From: Laetmonice hystrix | Lineage: Eukaryota | Assembly: GCA_965235115.1 (NCBI GenBank) | Contig: OZ249441.1 | Location: 25,296,001-25,360,000 of the forward strand | Reading direction: 5' to 3' | Length of the DNA: 64,000 bases | Shown here: positions 52,965 through 63,679 of the stretch, piece after piece | Layout: the number at the start of each line of letters is the position of its first letter | Position numbering within the stretch: position 1 is the first letter of the stretch | Translations under genes and position numbers: made by a program | Notes under the pieces: generated by a model | Database searches by the model: none | Seen by the model: only the letters and a program-made list of their open reading frames with translations | Told to the model about the DNA's origin: nothing

Positions 52965-54335
52965 CACCTTGTCCCATTCCTCAGACCTCCACCCCACCCC
53001 CACCCCAAACAAACAAAAAAACACCTTGTCCCATTCCTCAGACCTCCACACCACCCCCACCCCCAAACAAACAAAAAAAACCCTTGTCCCATTCCTCAGA
53101 CCTCCACCTCACCCTCACCCCCAAACAAACAAAAAACACCCTGTCCCATTCCTCAGACCTCCACCTCACCCCCACCCCCAAACAAACAAAAAAAACCTTG
53201 TCCCATTCCTCAGACCTCCATGCACACCACACCCACCCACAAACAAACCAAAAAACCCTTGCCCCATTCCTCAGACCTCCACCCCACCCCCACCCCCAAA
53301 CAAACAAAAAAACACCTTGTCCCATTCCTCAGACCTCCACCCCACCCCCACCCCCAAACAAACAAAAAAACACCTTGTCCCATTCCTCAGACCTCCACAC
53401 CACCCCACCCCCAAACAAACAACAAACACCTTGTCCCATTCCTCAGACCTCCACCTCACCCTCACCCCCAAACAAACAAAAAACACCCTGTCCCATTCCT
53501 CAGACCTCCACCTCACCCCCACCCCCAAACAAACCAAAAAACCCTTGCCCCATTCCTCAGACCTCCACCTCACCCCCACCCCCAAACAAACCAAAAAACC
53601 CTTGCCCCATTCCTCAGACCTCCACCCCACCCCACCCCCAAACAAACCAAAAAACCCTTGTCTCATTCCTCAGACCTCCACCCCACCCTCACCCCAAACA
53701 AACAAAAAAAAACCTTGCCCCATTCCTCAGACCTCCACACCACCCCCACCCCCAAACAAACAAAAAACACCTTGTCCCATTCCTCAGACCTCCACCTCAC
53801 CCTCACCCCCAAACAAACCAAAAAACCCTTGTCCCATTCCTCAGACCTCCACACCACCCCCACCCCCAAACAAACCAAAAAACCCTTGCCCCATTCCTCA
53901 GACCTCCACCTCACCCTCACCCCCAAACAAACAAAAAACACCCTGTCCCATTCCTCAGACCTCCACCTCACCCCCACCCCCAAACAAACCAAAAAACCCT
54001 TGCCCCATTCCTCAGACCTCCACCTCACCCCCACCCCCAAACAAACCAAAAAACCCTTGCCCCATTCCTCAGACCTCCACCCCACCCCCACCCCCAAACA
54101 AACCAAAAAACCCTTGCCCCATTCCTCAGACCTCCACCCCACCCCCAAACAAACAAAAAAAACCTTGCCCCATTCCTCAGTCCTCCACCCCACCCCCAAA
54201 CAAACAAAAAAAACACCTTGTCCCATTCCTCAGACCTCCACCCCACCCCCACCCCCAAACAAACAAAAAACACCTTGTCCCATTCCTTAGACCTCCACAC
54301 CACCCCCACCCCCACCCCCAAACAAACCAAAAAAC
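52965..54335 (+). repeat. C/A-rich minisatellite: 24 copies of a ~52-60-bp unit
   Basis: I counted the unit CCTTG(T/C)CCCATTCCTCAGACCTCCA-[C-rich block]-AAACAAA(C)CAAAAAA 24 times. The minus strand is G-rich. It explains the three-frame Pro/His/Thr ORFs. Confidence 0.95.
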
Positions 54336-55257
54336 AAACTCATTCTCCTTAGTTTCGTGTGAATGTTACCATGGGAGAATAACCGAAATCCGCCCCTAGG
54401 GAGATTCATGTAAATACCAGTCCTTCACAGTCATGTGTATGGAACCATTTCATATACCATGCAGTAAAAAAGGTTATAAGAAACATCTTTCCTTGCTTCC
54501 TAAACAATAAAGTGGGGTGTGGGGGGGGGGGGGCTGTGCACAAAAGTCACATTTGTATTCCATGAAGCGCTAAAACTATTTCCATGTAAATTCTAGTTGA
54601 TATTTTCTATGTCAAACTTTATGTAATGATTATTAAATCCACCTTCCCCAAAACCAAACAGGCTTATTAGTAAGAAGAAAGCAAAAAAAAAAAAAAAATG
54701 TCAATTCTGAAATTATCGTTGAGGCGGGGCAACCCAGGTTACAGGTATAGCGTGTCTTCACACATGTAGGCGGAGGGGTGTCCCCTCTGGTTGATCACCT
54801 GCCGGTGACCATCACCCCTCGCCTCCCACCCCAAGTCAACCCGATACCCTCATACAATGGGGGTGAGATCAGTGTTTGGCGAAATGATCTGGGAGAGTAT
54901 TTCTGGTGAGGTCACTGTTGTGGGCGGTGATCTCCCGTGTGAAATGGGAGGGGGGGGGGGGGTTGTAATGGAGCCCAGTCACCCCTCTCGGCCTACCTCG
55001 GCGTGGGTGGGATGGGTTAGGTGTGTCTATTCCTGTCGGACGACGGATATGTCAGGAAAGGTGTGGCGGACATGTCTTGAGTGATTACCCTTCAGCGAGG
55101 CCAATGTTGGCACATAATATTGGGACGCCAACATATTGTTTGTAAAGAACTAGGTAATTGAGATATATTTAGCCAATTTTATCCCATAATGAATGTAGAA
55201 GGCAGTGTGATAAAACTTTGTAAGAAACAGCATATTATGAAAAAGTAAGAGCCAGCA

Positions 55258-55318
55258 GGAGGCACGGGAGATAGCATGGATGCCCGGCAGGGGGCGCGCC
55301 GTGTCTCACCGTGCCTCC
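55258..55318. ncRNA. Candidate pre-miRNA-sized hairpin (61 nt)
   Basis: GGAGGCACGG/CCGTGCCTCC (10 bp), GAGA/TCTC, CATGG/CCGTG and TGCCC/GGGCG form ~24 pairs with small bulges and a 6-nt loop. I recall no known miRNA that matches, and expression is unknown. Confidence 0.25.
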
Positions 55319-55535
55319 GTGGACGCGGCGGTGGAGGCCCTCAAGTGGCGTCCAAACTCCATTACTACATGCCGGTCACAGTAGGAGGAGGTAGCATCGC
55401 GGCCGTGTGTCGCCAGGTGTCGCCCGTGTCGGTTGCTGGGCGGTTGGGCAAGTGTAAGAGAACACTGGTAGCACCTGTGGACGTGTTGCTGTCACAGGTT
55501 GGCGAGTCCGCTTCAAAACTACAGTACATGGGTCT

Positions 55536-55753
55536 AGGAATTATACGTACATTGTATTTTTGAGATACAGTCCATGTGAGAACATCCGTCCAGGAACTAT
55601 GCGTACTTTGATTTTTTGAGATACAGTCCATGTGAGAACATCCGTCCAGGAACTATGCGTACTCTGTATTTTTGAGATACAGTCCATGTGAGAACATCCG
55701 TCCAGGAACTATGCGTACTTTGTATTTTTGAGATACAGTCCATGTGAGAACAT
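55536..55753. repeat. 56-bp tandem array (~3.9 copies)
   Basis: GAGATACAGTCCATGTGAGAACATCCGTCCAGGAACTATGCGTACTTTGTATTTTT recurs at 55562, 55618, 55674 and 55730. Confidence 0.93.
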
Positions 55754-55799
55754 TCGTGATACATGAGTCACAAAGAAACTTCATATATAGGTTTATCCA

Positions 55800-56700
55800 T
55801 TATTTTTGTAGTAAGTGGTTTCGAGATAGGAATCGTCGAAAATGTCCCTGACTTTGAACTGATTAACCCCACAAGGTCACTCAATGTAAATGGAAACAGT
55901 GACAAATGAAACTTAGTATGACTTCCTAACATTAGTTTATAGAAAGTATATGGTTACCTTGTTCACTTATATTTAATCTAAACCAAAAATAAATTGGGAC
56001 GCTTGTTGCCCCTTACATGCCTTCTCTTGTCACCAAGTTTGAGAGAAAATCCAGACAATTTTGTCTAAGTTATTGCTCCAAATGTGTTTACATCCAAGAT
56101 GACCACCAAGCGGCCATTTTGAATGATATATGACTGTCCTTGGTCATTATATAATGATTCATGGAAGATTATGTCGTTATCTTCAACTGTTTTGGAGATG
56201 CAGGCCATTGAAGATAAGCAGGACCTTGATTGACCTTTCAAGGTACCTCAAGGTCATTGAAAATGGCGCCAAACGACATACATGTATATGACTTCCTATC
56301 TGTCGGGGGGGGGGGGGTCAAAAAACAAATATGGTCGCCATGTCGCCATTGCTCTTAACAGAGAATACATTGGCATATACATTGCACCTCATATGTTTCT
56401 ACCTTGCACCAAATTTGAAAGAGATCAGGATAGTTTTGTCTGAGTTATTGCTCGAAATGTGTTTACAAGCTGCCAAACGGTAATCTTGAATGATATCAGA
56501 AATCTATATGACATGCATCATTCTCAGATCATTGAGTAAAGTTCCATGCAACTTGACCCATACACTTCTGTGAAATCGCTGTCTACGGACGGACACACGA
56601 AATTCAATTACGATTTATAGCCTGATGTATGTCTGGTCTTCATAACAGCTGTCCAGTGACATCGCTGCCCTTCTAACTTTACCGGGGGGGGGGGCTATAT
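55800..56700 (-). mobile_element. HINE-like repeat, copy C (inverted relative to A and B)
   Basis: Its reverse complement contains TATATCATTCAAAATGG...TGTAAACACATTT(G/C)GAGCAAT twice (~56070-56130 and ~56442-56500; compare 45550-45608), GACAGATAGGAAGTCATATA and CATCTCCAAAACAGTTGAAG. It also has the terminal GAAATCGCTGTCTACGGACGGAC, which matches the GTCCGTAAACAGTGATTTC of copy A. Confidence 0.72.
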
Positions 56701-57301
56701 ATGGTGTTTGTAGGGGTTTCAGGAGGGGTTAAGGAAGACCCTACTTAAGGGTGTCATCGGCAGGGTGACATCCATTGTTGTGTGTCCGTTGCCCAGATGA
56801 CAATAGTTATGATGAGAGACGTTAGAGTGGGACAAAGGGCCGCTCGTGGGGAGGGGTGTTGGCAGATATATATCATGGCGACCAGGGGTAAGGGTTGGAG
56901 TAGGGGGCGGGGGTTTGGTGTGTGAGGGAGGGGGCTCGCCTCTCACCTGTGGGACGGGCGTCCAGCAGTGGGTATATACTTCAGCATCGTAATGCCGTGG
57001 GACGCCACAAGCTGTGGTTGAACGCGTCAGCAGGTTTTTACCTGATGGGTTATGTAGGAGAGGGGCACTGTATCCACCCCTGGAACCAGCAGGGAGCCAC
57101 TACCGGGGTAACAGGTGCCACAACCCGCGGGAAAGGCATGGGAAAATAGAACCTAGAAAATATCAAATATATGTCAACCATGCAGAGGGTAAGAATCTTA
57201 CAGGAAAGCGACCCCGTTTTTCTATGACATCAAAACAAAAATGGTGTATAATTCATGGTAACTTAAATCACGAAATTTGGTTAGAAATAAAGATCTATCA
57301 C

Positions 57302-57402
57302 TATCCCTAGCCCTGACCTTATCCCTAAGCCCTAACACTGGTCCCTAGAGCTCCCAAAAACATATTCCTATCCCTATCCCTGACCCTAACCCTAACCCCA
57401 AC
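57302..57402 (+). repeat. Degenerate telomere-like (CCCTAA/CCCTAT/CCCTGA/CCCTAG) interstitial tract
   Basis: ATCCCTAGCCCTGACCTTATCCCTAAGCCCTAAC...CCTATCCCTATCCCTGACCCTAACCCTAACCCC. Confidence 0.7.
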
Positions 57403-57710
57403 TCAAACGTTTCGTGGGAAAGTTTCCATGAATTAATAACCCAAAAAATGTATGCAGAAAAACAAAAGTGTCGGTAGTCGATAACTATAGTGAGTACGTA
57501 TGTCGATAGCGCCTTTGTTTTACTATGGTGATCTGGCTCAGCTATGGAAGGGGTCATGAAGTGCAAACACGGGAGATTCGTGGTGTAGCCAGTACAGGGG
57601 TTTCCCATAATCATTACCGTGCCTCCGCTCTCAGGGGCCTTGTCATTATAAACACCCACTATCATTCCTCGCCAAATCATCAGAATTCTGTAGCACAGTC
57701 AGAGAAACAA

Positions 57711-57736
57711 GTCTCCATGGTAACGCCCATGGTAAC
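57711..57736. promoter_or_regulatory. Double RFX X-box-like motif
   Basis: GTCTCCATGGTAAC (57711-57724) is immediately followed by GCCCATGGTAAC. Motif match only. Confidence 0.35.
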
Positions 57737-60700
57737 CTCAGGAGCTGGGCAAGGAAGGAGTTGACGGGGGGGGGGGGGGACTGGTTAAGCAGGGTAACAT
57801 GGAGGGGCAGGAGTTGTTGCCCCATTATAACATTTACATGAAAGAAGGTGCATGGTGTTAGGGGGTGGTTTTGTTTGGTTCTAAACACCAAATTTCGTGG
57901 AGATGTGGTACCAATGATGTTACGGTGGGGGATCTACTGGAAGAAGCGATAGTAAGAGGGCATTTACAAGGTATACAGTCACTGTATGGCAATCTCAGAC
58001 TGTACCATTTTGTGATTCCCCGCTTCAGCAGTACTCATCATGTTGTCAGGTTTTATACTCACTATGTCTAGTCTACAAAACCATTACCTCAGTTTAGACA
58101 TGAAAATCTGGATGCCTTTAATTAAGGTGTCTGTATATGGTGTGGAAAGTGTACGGTAGTTTGCAGTGCCTCATAACCTTTTCGTAGAGTTGCTGTAATG
58201 CCGGTTCAGTTATAATGTATCTGATATAATACCCTTGTGTTATAGATAGCTTACTATTCACGTTTACATGACATTTCTGGTAGAGGTCAAACATGGTCTT
58301 GTTTTCTAGAGAAGCTTACCTGACGGTGATGATAAATGTCATCAAGTCATATCAACAGGATTTCAGATAATATTATCAGTGGCAATTTTTGTGGCCTTTA
58401 TATGTACTCCTTGTGCCATGGCTCATGCCCATTGAGTAGTGAAACTCTAGCCATAATGATAAAATCAATGTAAACAAAATTGTCAAATTTGAGTATTCTA
58501 AAAAAACTTTTTAACAGGAGTATCATTACCATTTGTTACGTTCCCAAACTGTCAATATGTTTGTTGTAACTAATTGAAAAGTATTTGAAAGCAAATCATC
58601 AAAGTGGTAGAATTACGTCATCATAAAATTTAAAACAGCATTATGTGAAGGTTTTATGAAAATATCCCATTGACTATTGAAATCTGATTTAATGGAAATG
58701 AAATACAAGTCAAGTTAGTGTGACAGGTCTCAGCAGTTGTAATTACATCAGCAACCTATCCGTGGCCGACTTGTCATTTCGAGTCGCTCACTCCAGATTA
58801 AAGTACGGATGTGAACTCCCCTCAAAACAATAACTAGTCGAGAGTCGGTGAGCAGCCGACGGAAGCCGGAAACACACCTGTCTAGGTTAGAACCGTATTT
58901 CACCACCAGGGTGCGCTCCGACTGCTCCATCACAATGGCCCTGTGTGTGGCGCGACACCAGTAACGGCCCAAGAGTCACTCACTTAAAACACTTTCCGTT
59001 TCATTTTGTTGTAATCTGCACAAATGGAAAAATGCAGTGTCATACAAGTAATTCTCGGTCCATTAGGGACAGGTCAGAGGGACGTGTGATGGGAATAAAA
59101 GAGTTTCTCTCAGCTATAATCAGGCCTATTGTGTTAGAGCTTGGAGCAGAGCGTCAGATGCCAGGGACAGTTAATATATTTTAGATTGTTTACAATTGCA
59201 ATTTGCGTCATAGTGAGGTCAACAATTCCGGGCATTTTCAGTGACAAAGCACAAAATGTATGTGAACTATGGGCTAATCAATCAACTGCTTCAATATTTA
59301 ACTCGCAGTTCATTATTTTAATATCAGTCATCATTGTAATATCATAAAGCAAGTATAGACTTGTATGGGGTTATACTAAACTATAACTGGGGCTATATTA
59401 AACCTTGTTTATATCTATTCTCACAGGCTCTAAAACGAAAAAAAGAAAACTAAAGTATGAAATGTTTCATGGTTCAATACGAACTTAGAATTTATCATTT
59501 AATGTCTGCTGAGACATCCGTTTCGGTGAAATTTCCAAAGCTCCTATTCTGTAAGTTTCATGGTAAGCTGTAATTAGGTCATTCCATATTCATTAAATTC
59601 TCCTCAAAAGTAAATAAATAAAAAATTATCCAGGAGTACTTTTTTCACTTGAGGTGAAATAAACCGAACACGGTGTATTAATCTACATAATCAGTTGTTA
59701 GGAACCCTAATAAAAGCGATAAAAATAGGTATTGTTTGAGCTACGGTATTGAGGGGCAGTGGGTGTAGCCGCGCCCTGCCCGTGTTTGACTTTGAAGTTT
59801 CACCTTGAACTATTGTCATAACAGATCTATGTATCATAACGGAGCGAGGCGTAGTGGAGTAAATGTCGCCCACCCAGAACCACGGCGGGGAGGATCGCCC
59901 CACCCCGCCCTTCCACTCGCCCGGCCACTGTTGACTAAGCACCATATGGAAGTAGACTTAATGAAAACTCTATTAAACACTCATGAATCCACTGGGCTCC
60001 CCCCATCCATCACCCAACCGGGCGTGCCCTTTTGAATCCACCCCCAGAACACGGCCCTGTCCCTTTGACGGGGGCGCGGTGGGCGACGGGCGGTTGACAA
60101 TGGTCCCCAACGCCAGTCAGGGGGAAAAGGAGGGCTGCCAACCCCATCGAGAGTATTAGCATTGAATAGAGCGCTGGTCGGCTAACACTCTCAAAGGCCA
60201 TTAGGCCTAGTGCTGGCGCTGAACTCTGCTAGGTCTTCTCCTGCTTTACCAGCCTTTCGAGAATTATTTGAATTTTAACACCACCACAGAGTATAATATT
60301 CCTCAACAGCAGTCAGAGATTGCTCTATTGGCCGCACGGCAACAAGACAGAAAATACAAAATTACTCAACCGTGAAGTGAATTATTTCTCTACTTTGAAA
60401 TGAGAGCATTTTCAGTAAAAGAGCAATGTTGGAGTAGGAGTGCGGACTGGGTCCCTGCCCTGTGTGTCCAGGGAGGGCCGAGTGTCAGCATGTTGTGGTG
60501 AGTTAATGTGATCGACAGTTGAGAGGCCACGACTCCCCACTGGGCCTTTGTCGGCGACACTGACTGCCTCTATTGGCCGACAAATTGCATTGCCATGTCC
60601 GCGCCGATGTCTTTGTTAACTTCAATTGAGCTCCCCGATTTGTCTCCATTTGTGCAGTATTATCCACTCATTGTGAGCCTTAATTTGATTATGGGGGTCT

Positions 60701-61639
60701 AACGAGCGGGGATGAGTGACTCTGGCTTTGTCTTGTCTATAGATGGTCAGTGTCTCCGTAGCAGAGAGATCCAGAGAGGGGTGTGGAGAGGGGGGGGGGC
60801 AGGGGAAGGGGGGATCAGGTGTGACAGATCTAGGATCCGTTTCTCAATTTGAAGCTTTCACCAACCGCAGATGTTCCCAGTACGCCACAGGGTTGCTCCA
60901 AGCGAAAACGCTGTAGGGGACGAAGTTGTGTTAATTTTGGATCAGACTTGAACACAGCTCTGCATGGATATTAAAATTCAAACTTTTTAGAAAGAATCGA
61001 GAGGCCTTGCTTCAGCTGAGAGTTCTTGTAAAGATTGCAAAATATACTTATTTTCAAAAGAGAGTTTTATGCATAATTAGATAGCCTTGCGAGGCGGGGC
61101 TCATCACACCCCGACGGGTAGGACCCAACCAAAATTGGGTACTGGTGGGGCTAGGGTGTCATCAAACCTGGGCACTGATTGTGAACTAATTGAACATTCT
61201 ATGGGAAAGTTATGAGCTGTAAAACCGAAACATTTAACAAACTTTTACATCCAGGCTCCTTGCGCGACCGGGGGGGGGGGGGGGGGGGGGGGCTCCTGTG
61301 CGGCCCTGTGTCTTGATGAACGCTATGGTGTCAAAATCCGTCCAGTCCCATTGTTAGTCGTGCTGATGGCGATAATGATAGATGTTATCTGCGGTTATCG
61401 TTGAACCACATCCAAATCAAACAGATAATTCTGCGGTTGTACAATTCTTCACCATTTTAATAACCTCATTGATTTCTTAATCTCGACTACAGACAACATT
61501 TTGAGAAGATTCCCACATTAGCTGGCGAACTTTTGAAATCATAAGAAAAGCCTTGCGTAAGGAGAGCACAACGAACATTATAATAGTGTAAACGCGCTTT
61601 GATGGGGTCATCAGGGTTTGTGGAGATTAGCTTATGCCA

Positions 61640-62010
61640 CAGGGAGGCCACGACAGGGTCGAGCGTCCTGTAGGCCAGCCGACCTTTGACCTTTCATTGA
61701 CAGCAGTGGGGAGGCGGCCGTTGAAGCGCTGCCCTGCTCGTTCTGACTAGGGGTACAAAGCCCGGCCGAGGAGGTCCCAGCGCCGGGCTCGGCGTCAGGC
61801 CCGCTCCCATGGAGCGTGAGGCGGACACGATTAGCCGCAGTTATCCAACATTGTGACGTTGGGATTAGCTCGCTCCTGCCGCCCTCCACTTGACGACATT
61901 GCCTCCCGTGGCAGATGACCGCAGAGCGCCTCAGCTTCGAGGAGAGTGCGGGCCAGCTGAGCGAGAACCGCGTGCTGTGATGATGGCCGCCGGCGGCACA
62001 CAATGAATCT
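61640..62010. promoter_or_regulatory. GC/CpG-rich candidate enhancer with a DR1 nuclear-receptor element
   Basis: CGACCTTTGACCT (DR1; ~61680-61692) overlaps CCTTTGA (TCF-like) and is followed by TGACAG (Meis/TALE-like). CpG density is high relative to the flanks. Confidence 0.3.
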
Positions 62011-62459
62011 ACAGATGCTCAACGAGCCCATCACAACATAATACACTATTATTCAACTCACTTCAAAGGACAGCTTTTCATTAAATGTTGCTACTCGGGG
62101 CTATGAGCAAGCTTTGTAAGCCTGCAGGAGAGGATGCTGTGTTTTCCTGAAAAAGCCATTGAGTACTCTCGTTGTTGGCTTGTCTGAAAGGATGACAGGG
62201 AATTAAGGACCGTGTCCAGTTGAGTTCCCTAACATATGTCCCCCTGTGGCCACAAGGAGGGGCATGTCCTTTACAGCTGGCCAACTCCTCCACATCCAGC
62301 GCCGCTCACCTTGGTCGGCCGCATGGCTGGAGGAGGCAAACCGAGCCGTGCGACCTTGGCCGGTGACCTTCCGTCAAATCGCCATGTTCATTTTCAACCC
62401 GTGTCAAAATAGAAGTGCCATGACAGAAATCCCGTCAAGCTATTGTATGCCGTGACACG

Positions 62460-62619
62460 GCCTATATGACGAAATCACGTGGCGGCCCCACTTTGACCTT
62501 GACCTCTGTTCAATAGATACCACAAGGTCACCTGATTACGCGATGACCATGGCACGTTGACTTCAGCCAATGAATCAAGACGGCGCCGATTTGTTTATAT
62601 CGCATAATCATTGTCGATC
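62460..62619 (+). promoter_or_regulatory. Candidate promoter-like module (E-box, DR0, CCAAT)
   Basis: CACGTG (62476-62481), TGACCTTGACCT (62494-62505), AAGGTCA and AGCCAATGAAT (~62565-62575) lie within 120 bp. Confidence 0.28.
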
Positions 62620-63016
62620 GATTCTGATCAGATTGTGGGTGTGGAGTATTGTCTGAGTTTGGGTTAGTGAGGGATCAGTGTGGATTCTGACCAGACTGTG
62701 GGTGTGGAGTAGTGTCTGAGTTTAGGTGGGTGTGGGATCAGTGTGGATTCTGATCAGATTGTGGGTGTGGAGTATTGTCTGAGTTTGGGTTAGTGAGGGA
62801 TCAGTGTGGATTCTGATCAGATTGTGGGTGTGGAGCAGTGTCTGAGTTTGGGTTAGTGAGGGATCAGTGTGGATTCTGATCAGATTGTGGGTGTGAGTAT
62901 GGTCTGGGTTTGGGTTAGTGAGGGATCAGTGTGGATTCTGATCAGATTGTGGGTGTGGAGCAGTATCTGAGTTTAGGTTGGTGTGGGATCAGTGTGGATT
63001 CTGACTAGATTGTGGG
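62620..63016 (+). repeat. 63-bp minisatellite, ~6.3 copies, two sequence variants
   Basis: GATTCTGA(T/C)CAGA units start at 62620, 62683, 62746, 62809, 62872, 62934 and 62997. The variant order is A,B,A,A,A,B (GGGTTAGTGAGGGA versus TAGGT(G/T)GGTGTGGGA). Confidence 0.95.
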
Positions 63017-63110
63017 CAGGGGCGCCGCTGCCGGGGGGGGGGGGGACGGGGGGGGGACATGTCCCCCCCCCCCACTTTTGCTGGCGACCTAAAAAGGTCA
63101 AAGGCTCCTT
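63017..63110. mobile_element. Probable left end of a G/C-rich CAGGGGCG-type MITE
   Basis: CAGGGGCGCCGCTGCC followed by G-runs and a GGGGGGACATGTCCCCCC palindrome, starting exactly where the 63-bp array stops. I did not identify the matching right end. Confidence 0.4.
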
Positions 63111-63360
63111 GAAGTTGAAGCTAGGCCTAATAAGATCTACAGGTCTTCTTATACTCCCTATGCCTAGCTTTTTAAGGTGAATTGCCCATGGGAGGCAAAT
63201 TAAAGATAGATTTTCATCATTTTTAATCTTGGCCTTCGCCTATATAGGCCTAAGCCTATGTGTTTCGGAGATAGGTCAATGCTTTGCTGTTCTATAATTA
63301 ATATGGGTCTAACCGCGGCCTAGATCCCCTGCAGCTTCCCTGTGTACCTTAGTCCTACCA

Positions 63361-63679
63361 CACTGGCGGATCCAGAGGAGGGGGTCACATATGGTCTGGA
63401 CCCCCCTAAAATTTCATGGTGCCCCTCCTGCCGTTCATGGCGCCTCATGGCATTGTAGGGCTACATAAGACTTTTGACATCATTGATCTTTAAATAGCTT
63501 TGTGCTCCAAAATGCATCAGATTTCACCAAAGTACACCTTGAATTTGAAAAATTTTCGGGGGGCATGCCCCCGGACGCCCTAGCAAGGCTTTGTGCCTTT
63601 GGCGCTCCTATACAGTCACACCGGTTGCGCCCCTAAAAACGTTGGACCCCCCTACTTGAAAAAGCTGGATTCGTCCCTG
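63361..63679. mobile_element. G/C-rich MITE with CA(G/C)TGGCGGATCCAG-type termini
   Basis: The left end CACTGGCGGATCCAG (63361-63375) and the right end CTGGATTCGTCCCTG (63665-63679) match at 11/15 positions as an inverted repeat. GGACCCCCCTA occurs twice internally. No clear TSD. Confidence 0.55.

Noticed and set aside
52783-54399. 356-538-aa Pro/His/Thr-rich (extensin/mucin-like) ORFs
   Set aside because: All three + frames are open because the C/A-rich unit has no stops. Unit lengths are not multiples of three.
57302-57402. True telomere or chromosome-fusion site
   Set aside because: There are only two perfect CCCTAA units within degenerate hexamers, and no head-to-head arrangement.
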